Assembly: GCA_023205875.1 (NCBI GenBank)
Contig: CP060757.1
Coordinates: 186,001-250,000 of the forward strand
Length of the DNA stretch: 64,000 bases
From: Chloropicon primus
Lineage: Eukaryota
Direction: 5' to 3'
Each line of letters opens with the position of its first letter. Within the stretch, counting starts at the first letter, position 1. The position numbers were made by a program, and so were the translations under genes. Of the stretch, positions 1 to 9,134 are shown one piece after another. The notes beneath the pieces were generated by a model that made no database searches, was not told the origin of the DNA, and saw only the letters and a list, made by a program, of their open reading frames with translations.

Positions 1-1293
1 GAGGTACATCATAGCTCTGCTGGGGGAAGCCATCTTTTGGCAGAAATCCATAGTTCCCGTGGATCGCAGGCTTTTGCTCCAGCTCCCCAGCACCGGGAGA
101 CCGTTCAGCTCAGGGCGGGAGCGGTTTCCTATGTAAGGCGATTCGCAACACGCGAGAAAGACGTCCTTGCACAAGTTGTCAGAAAGTGATGCGCCGTCCA
201 CCAAAAATGGTGGGAGCGCGCAAGCGTGGTCTGCTGGCAGCGTCTTTTCGACCCCTTTCAAGAGGTCCCCTCCGCGTTGAATCGCCTGGACTGGGTCCGT
301 GTAAAGCTTGGACTCTTGCCGAACGAGCACGCTGCGAATTCCTCGGAACGGGTGCGGTGGAAGCGGGTCTTCCTCGAGTATCGCTGCGTGCACATCCACT
401 GGATTTGAAGACTCGAGATCGGAGCGGGCAGCCTGGCCTCCCATTTCATCGCTGATCTCATATCTTTGCAGAACAGCGAGAAAGTCTTCGCCTTGGCCGT
501 CTTGCGGGGCGCTTAGCGCACCGCGGCCCCAAGATAAAGGACCTCCCAGCGTGGAGGAGTGGCCTTGTTGCCAGGACAAGTTTGTCTCGAGCATGCACAC
601 CAGACGCACAGTGTTGTCCCTAACCAGTGGAGTTCCTTCCGAACCAATAGCCTCCGCGAGAATCTGCAAGGAGCGCTTGGGAGGGCTGCTGGCTTTGAGC
701 GGACCAGGCGCGTCGGCGGCTTGCAGCTCAACCCTTTGCATTCCCACCTGGTCCGAGAGCGTAACGCTTCCCTCTTCCCAATCTCCTTTCTGGCCAAGGA
801 GGCCGCGCTCACTTCCGATCCCGGCCAGGTCTCTGTGGGTCGCGCGGAAGTCTTCGAAGGACAGCTTAGCGAGGGAAGCGAATTGGCGAAGCATTACGAT
901 GCCCTCCTCCTCATTCCGGTCATGCTCCTCCTCCAGCGCGAGTGCCACCACGGCCCTCGTGCGAGGACTCGGTTGCCAGAGGGGAAGCCCTCCCTCGCAT
1001 GGCACTCCCCCCACCAGCTCCTGAAACGTGGCGCGTTCCGTTTTGTCCGCGAGCATCCCGTCGAGAGCTTCTTCCACGTGAGAGGCGGCATAGTTGACGG
1101 CAGGCTCAGGGCAGGGCCTGAAGGTGCTGCGCTCCCCTTGGACCACAAAGTTCGTCGCATCAGTGAGAACGAAGTCGTACACTTGGGGAACGAGAAGGGG
1201 CTTGCTCGTGCGGCTCTCCCTTCGTCCCCTGAACGCCGGGAGGTCATTCACCGGCGAGGAAAAAGCTTGGTGAGGCAACACCACCCTCCTCAT
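1..1293 (-). CDS. Hypothetical protein, 3' end beyond the left window edge (>=431 aa; MRRVVLPHQAFSSPVNDLPAF...KMASPSRAMMYL)
   Basis: ATG at 1293; I read this frame open to base 1. Missing from the ORF track because it has no stop in the window. The + ORF 559..1551 is its in-phase antisense shadow. Confidence 0.7.
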   Translation of the reverse strand, partial: MRRVVLPHQAFSSPVNDLPAFRGRRESRTSKPLLVPQVYDFVLTDATNFVVQGERSTFRPCPEPAVNYAASHVEEALDGMLADKTERATFQELVGGVPCEGGLPLWQPSPRTRAVVALALEEEHDRNEEEGIVMLRQFASLAKLSFEDFRATHRDLAGIGSERGLLGQKGDWEEGSVTLSDQVGMQRVELQAADAPGPLKASSPPKRSLQILAEAIGSEGTPLVRDNTVRLVCMLETNLSWQQGHSSTLGGPLSWGRGALSAPQDGQGEDFLAVLQRYEISDEMGGQAARSDLESSNPVDVHAAILEEDPLPPHPFRGIRSVLVRQESKLYTDPVQAIQRGGDLLKGVEKTLPADHACALPPFLVDGASLSDNLCKDVFLACCESPYIGNRSRPELNGLPVLGSWSKSLRSTGTMDFCQKMASPSRAMMYL

Positions 1294-1657
1294 CCTTGTG
1301 CTAGACTGAGTGCTAGACTATCACCGATCGGTCGATCGATCGATCGCAAAAAGCGTTACGTGACGTCCTCGGCGATCCTCTTTCCGGCTCCAGCCTCGCC
1401 AAGGGCCGCCGCCGCCGCCGCCGTCGTCGTCCTCGTCGTTGTGTTCTCCTCTCCTCCTTGGGCGATCGATCGATCGAAGCTTTTCTTCCTGATCGATCGA
1501 TCGATCGCGATCGGTGGAGGAGGAAGGAAGAAGCTTGGGACCTTTTTGTAATACAAATCAATCATAAGTTTGTGTTTTAAAGTATATGATTGGGGCCGCA
1601 GAACGGTGAGCAAGGCCACTGGAGTTGTTGTTGTTGTTGTTGTGCAAGCGTTGGACT

Positions 1658-2728
1658 TTACTGAGTCTTCTTTTGAGGCTTGACGTACTCGTCGTCCTCC
1701 GAGTCGCTGCGGCTGTCGTCGGTCTTTCCGTTGTTGGAGATGGACTTGATCGCAACCTTGACGATGAGGTAGAACCAGTACGTGTGAATGGGGATCAGCA
1801 GGCACAGGAGACCCATCGAGAAGATCTCCGAGGGGTAGTACAGGTTCCTCTGGTACCCTGGCCCGAAAAAGATGGTGTAGTAGCACAGCATCGGGTACAT
1901 GATCAACCTGGTGACAAAGAAGGCCAAAGCAAATGGAACGAACAAGGCGGTAGCGCCGAGCTCCGATCCGCAGTACTTGAAGAGCTTGGCGAACTGCAGC
2001 AGGGGGTCAGCGACGTTGTGCAGCGTGTAGATGACCACCCCGATGCGCAGCTGGTGAAGCACATAGGAAATCCCCAGAAGCGTTATCGTGGCCGCGTGGT
2101 GAACAAGCATTTGCTTGAAGTCCTTCTTCCTGGGCTCGTACCACACGCGGAAGATTCCGCACAGGTACCAGGAGAGCTCCACCAGGTACAAGAACTTTTG
2201 GGCTGGCTTGGTCTCATAGTTTTCCATCAGTGTCCACAGGTACTTGAGGTCGTAGAACCACCGCTCCTTGCCGAACACGCGGAAGCAGCAGAACACCGAG
2301 ACGGAGTAGTACGCCGCCTCCCTGCACGAGAACAGGAAGCTGATCATGTTCTTTTTCTTCCTCAGAAAGATCTTAGCCAGCAGGCTGAAGACCGTCATCT
2401 TTTGCAACAGGAACAGGAACAGGAACAGACGGAAACACGAAAGACGACGACGAGGAAAAAAAGAAAAGAAAAGAAAAAAGGCCGTCAGAACTTTGCCTTT
2501 GGAGCCAATCCCTCACTCCTCGGTCGGATGACTCACCCTGAGAACCTGGAACACGATCAGGTTGAACAAGCATATGATTCCGAACACGGCAACCTCCTTG
2601 AGGCTGGTGAACCCAATCGATTTAAAGCTCTTGTCCTCCGTGTCCCCTAGAACGACGACATTGTACGTCTCGGTCGCGAGATACACCGTGTGGTCCCACG
2701 CCTCCGTCATCACTTTCACCAGCGCCAT
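1658..2728 (-). CDS. Ceramide synthase (LAG1/LAC1, TLC domain); exons 2728-2537 and 2398-1658
   Basis: Lag1 motif RKKDFKQMLVHHAAT...HNVADPLLQFAK, multiple TM segments, acidic tail DDSRSDSEDDE; in-frame GT-AG intron 2536-2399. Confidence 0.9.
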
Positions 2729-3225
2729 CTTGTCCGATCACTCCGCTCCTCTCTTGATCGATCGCGATCGATCCCTTCCCCTTCCTGTACGATCGATCGA
2801 TTGATCTTGCTCCAGCTCTCCCTCTCTCTCTCTGGTTTTTCAAATGGCGCGCGCCGGGCGACCAGGGGGAAGAAGCGAAGCGATCGATCGTCCAAGGCAA
2901 CTGAGGGAAGGGAGCCAAGGGGAGTGGGAGAGGGAGGAAAACGGAAGGAACGACACGGAGCGCGTTCTCGAGAGCTTTCCAACGACGTCTCGGTCGCGAG
3001 GTTTGACCTAAGCTTTCACCTTTGGCTCTCCTCGATCGTGACGCGACTCGCGCCAGGCCAAGGGAGGTTGTTTAGGGGTCAACCAACAACGCCGAACGGC
3101 GAGAAGCAGAGCAGAGGGGGTTGAGAGGCTACACTCTCTTCTGAAGCGTCTCGTCGCGAGCTTTCGATCGATACCGGGGTCGAGAAGATCTCGTGCTCGC
3201 TTGCGAACGTGTTCGTGCTTTGAGG

Positions 3226-5121
3226 ATGGAGAGGGGGAGCGAGGGGAGCGTCGGGCAGAGCACGAGCGAGTCCGTGTCCGTGGCGAGGAAGGGGAGCAGT
3301 CCGATAGAGCGCTCGCCTTCGCTGAGGTCCTGGATGACGAGTTCGGATAGGAGCGCGGGAGCGGGGAGCTACTTCGTGCAGCAGCAGTCGAAGGGACAGG
3401 CCAGAGCGGTAGGGGAGCCGGCGGAGGCTCCGCGTGCGGGGGGCGAGGGTGACGGCATGTGGCGGAGGGAGGGGGGATCGTCCTTGGAAGGGGGCGAGGT
3501 CCGTCGCCCCTCCGCGGAAGTGGAGGGTGCGGAGGCTGACCTGGATCCTTACCTGATACCGAAGGCTCGTGAGGCCGTGCTGGAGAAGCACTTGAAGACG
3601 GTGTCTGCGATCTCGGTCGACAGGAGCGGGTCCCGGGTGATCACGGGGGCCAACGATGGCCAGGTCAACATCTACGACTTCGAGGGCATGAAGAAAGACA
3701 TGAAGGCGTTTCGCAAGGTGTCGCCGAGCGATGGACAGCACCAAGTGAAGTCGTTGAGTTGGAGCCCCACCGGGGACTGCTTCCTCGCGGTGACCACCAG
3801 CGCCCAGGCCAAAGTCTTTGACAGGGACGGCCGAGACCTGGGCGAGTGCGTCAGGGGGGACATGTACCTCCACGACGTGAGGCAGACCAAAGGTCACACC
3901 GCTGGCCTGACTTGCGGGGAGTGGCACCCCCAGGACCGGGACCAGTGCGTGACGTGCTCTGAGGACGGCACGGTTCGCATTTGGGACATCACGAACTTGG
4001 CGCAGAAGGCCGTGATAAAGCCTAGCCTGGGCAAGCCTGGCAGGGTTGCCGCGACGTGCTGCACTTACAACGGGACCGGGTCGCTTATCGCTGGAGGTAT
4101 GATGGACGGAACGATACAGTTGTGGTCTGCAGCAGGGAAGGTCGGGCAAGCGGCCAAAGGCGCCAAAGTGCCCGCCTGGAAGCTGAAGGTCCAGGAGAAG
4201 CAGAGGTGGACGTACAACTCTCGCCCTGGGCAGCTCGCGAGGGGGGCCCACGAGGCAGACGCGGAGATCACCGGCTTGTGCTTCTCGGAGGACGGTCACA
4301 TGCTTTTCTCGAGGTCGGGCGACGAGACCCTGAAGGTCTGGGATCTCAGAAACTTCAAGAAGCCCCTGAAAGTCTTCGAGGACCTCCCGTGTAACTATTC
4401 GACGACGGGGTGCGCCCTGAGCCCCGACCAGCAGCTCGTCCTGACCGGGGTGTCGTGCAACCAGTCTGGAGAGGGAGGGGGCCTTCTCTTTTTCGACACG
4501 AGCAGCCTGGACCTCGTGAGAACGATCCCATTCGCGCGAAGCGTCACCGCCGTCCAGTGGCACCCGAAGCTCAACCAAATATTCGTGGGAATGGGCGAGA
4601 AGACTTATGGGGAGACTCACATTCTTTACGACCCCGCCCTCAGCACGAGGGGGGCGATGGTGTGCGCAGGGAAGACAGCGCAAGCGAGAGACCCCTTGGG
4701 CCTCAACGCGAAGGCTGTTATTTACGCCCCCAACGCCTTGCCCATGTTCCAGGAGAACTGGTCCAAGAAGAGGGCCAGGGAGAAGGAACTGAAGGACCCG
4801 ATGAAGACCAAGCGCCCTGATCCAGGCAAGTACCTCGCGGGCCGAGGTCGGGAAGGCAAGGTCGGTGTGAGCGAGACGGCTCTCCTGACCCAGCACCTTC
4901 TGAAGACGAAAGGCAAGCTCAAGGAGCTCGGTGATCCCAGGGAAGCCTTGGAGAAGTACACCGACGGCAAGAGCGGCATCGTGTTGAAGGCCTACCAGGA
5001 GACTCAGCCCAAGCCAATCTTCCAGGACTACGACTCTGAGGACGAGGAAGCCGACGAGGGCGAAGAGCAAGCGGGTCCTAGGAAGGTGGATCCCCAGACT
5101 GGCATGTACATCAGTAAGTGA
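3226..5121 (+). CDS. WDR70: WD40-repeat protein, WDR70/GAD-1 family
   Basis: GDMYLHDVRQTKGH, SRSGDETLKVWDLRNFKKP, WHPKLNQI and the C-terminal AYQETQPKPIF are characteristic of WDR70. Confidence 0.9.
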   Translation: MERGSEGSVGQSTSESVSVARKGSSPIERSPSLRSWMTSSDRSAGAGSYFVQQQSKGQARAVGEPAEAPRAGGEGDGMWRREGGSSLEGGEVRRPSAEVEGAEADLDPYLIPKAREAVLEKHLKTVSAISVDRSGSRVITGANDGQVNIYDFEGMKKDMKAFRKVSPSDGQHQVKSLSWSPTGDCFLAVTTSAQAKVFDRDGRDLGECVRGDMYLHDVRQTKGHTAGLTCGEWHPQDRDQCVTCSEDGTVRIWDITNLAQKAVIKPSLGKPGRVAATCCTYNGTGSLIAGGMMDGTIQLWSAAGKVGQAAKGAKVPAWKLKVQEKQRWTYNSRPGQLARGAHEADAEITGLCFSEDGHMLFSRSGDETLKVWDLRNFKKPLKVFEDLPCNYSTTGCALSPDQQLVLTGVSCNQSGEGGGLLFFDTSSLDLVRTIPFARSVTAVQWHPKLNQIFVGMGEKTYGETHILYDPALSTRGAMVCAGKTAQARDPLGLNAKAVIYAPNALPMFQENWSKKRAREKELKDPMKTKRPDPGKYLAGRGREGKVGVSETALLTQHLLKTKGKLKELGDPREALEKYTDGKSGIVLKAYQETQPKPIFQDYDSEDEEADEGEEQAGPRKVDPQTGMYISK

Positions 5122-5424
5122 ACCAAAAATTTTAATTGCAGTGTTCAAAATATTGTTCTTCAGCACATACCAAACCGAACCGTCACCTCTCTCCTCTCCT
5201 CCCCCTTTGCCTTTGCTCTTTTCTCTCTTCTGGTGGTTTTCTCCCTTCCGCTGAACCATCATAACGGGCGAGCACGAGGAGGAGGAGACAAACAACAAAA
5301 GGAGGAGAGAAGTCATCGATCATCAGACGCAAGCCAAGCCCCGGATCACATTATTATTGATGTTTGATCCTTCCCTCTCCTCCTCTTCCTCTCCTCTGTT
5401 CCTAACTTCATGTGGTGAAGAGAG

Positions 5425-5491
5425 CGAGAGGGTTCACGGAGACTCGAGAGGATTCACGGAGACTCGAGAGGGTTCACGGAGACTCGAGAGG
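5425..5491. repeat. 20-bp tandem repeat (CGAGAGGRTTCACGGAGACT), about 3.3 copies
   Basis: Directly visible, just upstream of the CAX start codon. Confidence 0.9.
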
Positions 5492-5542
5492 AGCTGACGA
5501 CGAGGAGGAGAAAAGAGAGAGAGAGGAGGAGGAGAGGCCGCC

Positions 5543-5673
5543 ATGCAGCGAGGCAGAGCGAATAGTTGGCTCCGTGCCATCCACAAAATGGTAACCAACA
5601 CACGGAGGGGTCCTCCCAAAGGCCAAACCCGACGAAGGGACTCCCGCTTTTCCTTTACTGACACATCTTCGTC

Positions 5674-5707
<34 letters not shown>

Positions 5708-7296
5708 ACATCATTATCATTATCATCAACTTCATCACATCATCACCAACGTCATTGATGGGTGATGATTTCCTCTTGTTGTTTGTTGCTGGTGTTCAGG
5801 AGGGGAGGAGGGGGTCGGTGGACGTCGAGGCGGTGCCGGAAGAGCACCAGGGTTTGCTCGACCCGCAGTATGAGAGGGCAAGCAGCAGGGAGTGGGCGGA
5901 GTCCATGCTGCGTTGGGATGGTTCCGCGACTGCTGCAGCTGCGATAGAGTCTGACGGTGGGAACGTGATAGCCAACTACGATGACCTGCAAGCGAGCGGC
6001 TCGACGCAGAGCAATCGGGGTCTGCAGATGGAGCACGTGGTGAGGCTGAAGGCCAAGAGCATGAGACTGCGAAAGAGGCAGAGGGAGAAGGAAGAGAGAA
6101 GGAAGAGAGAGGCGGCAGAGGGCAAGGAGAGGGGGTTGTGCGGGGTGCCTTGGGATGAGGTCTTCAACCCGATAAGCGACTTTCTGCACGTGAAGGAAGC
6201 CATCTTGAGCAACTGGATAAACTTGATGCTGCTGGCGCTGCCGTTCGCAATCACCTCCCACTACTTGGCCTGGCCCGCGGTGATCGTGTTCGTCTTCAAC
6301 CTCATCTCTGTTGTGCCGCTAGCCCTGCTCCTGGGAGAGATCACGGAAGACCTCGCCATCAGGTTCGGGGATGTCTGGGGAGGGCTCATCAACGCGACCT
6401 TTGGGAATGTGGTGGAGATGATCTTGTCCATCGTCCTGTTGATGAAGGGCCTGACGACGGTGGTGTCGACTTCGCTCATCGGGAGTATTTTGTCGAATCT
6501 GCTCTTGGTCATCGGGTGCTGCTTCTTTGTCGGCGGCCTCAACTTCAAGCACCAGCACTTCTCCTCCGGGGCTTCCAAGGCCAATGTCAGCTTGCTTTTC
6601 ATGTCCTGCATCGCGATGCTGTTGCCGAGCATGGTCGGCTACTCCAACGGGAAGGACGACAACGAGAAAGTGGTGAACATCAGCCGAATCATCGCGCTCG
6701 TGATGACGGCCATGTACGTGTGTTACTTGTACTTTCAGCTCGTCACACACAACCACATCTTCATCTCTGACAACGATAACAGGGTGACGAACGAGGAGAA
6801 CGGCGAGGCCGACGAGGTGGAGGAGGAGTTGGAGAAGCCCTCTTACTCCCTTCTCGGGGCTTTGATGATGATGACAATGACCACGGTAGTCGTGGCCTTT
6901 TGCTCCGAGTACCTGTCCGGTTCCATCGAGGAAGTCAGCAAGAAATCGGGTCTCAGCCTCTCGTTCATCGGAATGATCATCCTTCCGATTGCCGGGAACG
7001 CGTGCGAGCACATCACCGCGGTGCTTGTGGCGGCAAAGAACAAGATGGACCTCGCGATCGCCGTGGGCGTGGGCTCAAGCATTCAGATCGCGATCTTTGT
7101 GTACCCTTTTGTCGTCCTGGTGGGGTGGGCGTCAAACGTGGACTTCACCATGAAGCTCAACCAGTTCGACGTTCTGGTGGTTTGCGTGTCCGTCATCCTC
7201 GCAGCCTTCGTGACAATGGATGGGCAGAGCCACTGGTTCACAGGTTTGATGCTTATCGCCACGTACGTTCTGATCGCGGTCGCTTACTTTTTCTGA
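5543..7296 (+). CDS. CAX: Ca2+/H+ antiporter (CAX family); exons 5543-5590 and 5800-7296
   Basis: Alpha-repeat motifs NATFGNVVE and IAGNACEH, GSSIQIA, central acidic loop; phase-0 intron 5591-5799 containing a (TCA)n tract. Confidence 0.93.
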
Positions 7297-7420
7297 AGGA
7301 GGACGCACACGAGAGGCGTAAGAGAAAGTAAGTTTCAAGAAGCTAAAACGGGTTTTACATCTTCAATGCAAGCAAGTGTGTCGAAATTATACAACGGGCC
7401 CGCGTCGTTTTACTCTTTAA

Positions 7421-8347
7421 CTACTTTTCGCTCGCCTTCTCCTTGTAGCGGAAAGCTTGGCCACAGATCTCATCGATGTTCAGCCTTTCCTTGGGGTTGC
7501 TCCTCAGCATGTCGCACACCAGCTTGACCATTTCCGGCGGGGTGTCGCTCGGCAGGGGGTCGTAGTCACAGGACGTGATTTGCTTGCCGAGCAAGTAAAA
7601 GTTCGAGCCCTCCCTGTAGAAGGGCGACCTGAGCGTGATGAGCTCGTACAGCAAGCAGCCGAGGCTCCACACGTCGCTGCTCCAGTCGTAAGGCTGCTCC
7701 CTGATGCACTCTGGCGACATGTAGTACGGCGTCCCCACGACCGAATTGACCTGGAGAGTCTTCGAGCTGAAGTACCTGGACAAGCCGAGGTCCCCGAGCT
7801 TGAGAACCCCGCCGCTGCTCATGAAGACGTTCGAGGGCTTCAAGTCCCTGTGCATGATCCTCCCTTTGTGCATGTGCCGCAGGCCCGAGCATATCTGCGT
7901 GAAGATCGCCCATATCTCCCCCTCCGAGAACTTTCGGTCTTCCTTCCTCCTGTCCTGCAGCAGCTTGCTCAGGTCTCCCTGGTCGGCCCACTCCAGGACG
8001 ATGACGAGCTCGTTGTCCTGCATGAAAGCCTCGAGGTACTTTATGATGTTCTCGTGGTCCAGGCACTTCAGGGTGTTGACCTCGTTCAGGCAGTTCCGCC
8101 TCGCCGTCGCGTCCATCATGTCGAACAACTGAATCTTCTTCAGGGCCACGTTCCTCCCCGTCTTCAGGTGCCTCGCTATGTACACCGTCGAGAACTTCCC
8201 GCTCCCTATCTTTCCTTCCACCACGTAGTCCTCCAAGCACGAGGTCCCCACCCGAGGCGAACCCACCTCCAAGGAGTCAAACGTGTCTGAGGACCTGTCG
8301 CTCGAAGCCGGTTGGGTCGGGGCCGTGGAGCACTCCATACTATGCAT
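7421..8347 (-). CDS. NIMA-related Ser/Thr kinase, NEK6/NEK7-like
   Basis: GSGKFS, VALKKIQLFDMMD, HRDLKPSNVF, DLGLSRYFSSKT, GTPYYMSPE; catalytic domain only. Confidence 0.9.
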   Translation of the reverse strand: MHSMECSTAPTQPASSDRSSDTFDSLEVGSPRVGTSCLEDYVVEGKIGSGKFSTVYIARHLKTGRNVALKKIQLFDMMDATARRNCLNEVNTLKCLDHENIIKYLEAFMQDNELVIVLEWADQGDLSKLLQDRRKEDRKFSEGEIWAIFTQICSGLRHMHKGRIMHRDLKPSNVFMSSGGVLKLGDLGLSRYFSSKTLQVNSVVGTPYYMSPECIREQPYDWSSDVWSLGCLLYELITLRSPFYREGSNFYLLGKQITSCDYDPLPSDTPPEMVKLVCDMLRSNPKERLNIDEICGQAFRYKEKASEK

Positions 8348-8574
8348 AGTGTATCGATACCTTGTACTATGCTATGCAACAAAACGAGATAAATATATTC
8401 CTCCTCTTGGCTCCGAGTCCTCAGACCACTGGTCCTGGACAACAACGACTCGCACAACAAGACCACGCAGCACTATATAATATAATATAGGCCTGTCCCT
8501 CCCAAAGCTGTCTCTCCTTTCACTCCCTCCCAGTTGTCCAACACACACACACCTTGTTCCCCCCCTTCCTCCTC

Positions 8575-8920
8575 TCCTGTCCTCCTGTCCTCTGCTCTGG
8601 TCTCCTGCCCTCTGCTCTGGTCCTGTCCTCTGCTCTGGTCTCCTGTCCTCTGCTCTGGTCTCCTGTCCTCTGCTCTGGTCTCCTGCCCTCTGCTCTGGTC
8701 TCCTGTCCTCCTCTGCTCTGCTCTGGTCTCCTGTCCTCTGCTCTGGTCTGCTCTGCTCTGGTCTCCTGTCCTCTGCTCTGGTCTCCTGTCCTCTGCTCTG
8801 GTCTCCTGTCCTCTCCTGTCCTCCTCTGCTCTGCTCTGGTCTCCTGTCCTCTCCTGTCCTCCTCTGCTCTGCTCTGGTCTCCTGTCCTCTGGTCTGATCT
8901 GCTCTGCTCTGCTCTGGTCT
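8575..8920. repeat. Pyrimidine-rich minisatellite, ~20-bp unit CTCCTGTCCTCTGCTCTGGT with 5-bp sub-unit indels
   Basis: Directly visible; almost no A on the + strand; lies between the divergent NEK and KNL1 genes. Confidence 0.95.
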
Positions 8921-9050
8921 CCCCCTCTGTCGTGGGGTCGTATTCTCGTATGTATCGGATTCCCTCCTTCCCCTCCTCCTCCTAGCCGTTGGAAATTCAA
9001 ACCCAAAAAAGAAAAAACAAAAACGAAAACGACAGCTGAGCCAAACACAA

Positions 9051-9127
9051 CACCACGACGGCGACCACGACGAGGACCACGACGACGAGGACCACGACGA
9101 CGAGGACCACGACGAGGACGAGGACGA
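9051..9127. repeat. 15-bp tandem repeat (CCACGACGACGAGGA), about 4-5 copies, in the KNL1 5' region
   Basis: Directly visible. Confidence 0.85.
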
Positions 9128-9134
9128 AGGGGAG

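Noticed and set aside
1..40. Faint resemblance of the edge ORF to meiotic SHOC1/ZIP2
   Set aside because: Based on a few residues at the window edge; cannot be supported.
3079..5316. 745-aa minus-strand ORF, and similar long antisense ORFs (559..1551, 1625..2650, 19129..20862, 29209..30264, 39172..40455, 52378..53574)
   Set aside because: In-phase antisense shadows of genes in GC-rich DNA; no recognisable motifs.
5676..5725. (TCA)n and other microsatellites such as (GA)n, (CA)n, (GAC)n, (TCTTGG)n
   Set aside because: Ubiquitous in introns and UTRs of this window; treated as background.
8575..8920. Possible CRISPR array (also 5425-5491 and 29281-30260)
   Set aside because: Contiguous tandem repeats without unique spacers; eukaryotic context; no cas genes.
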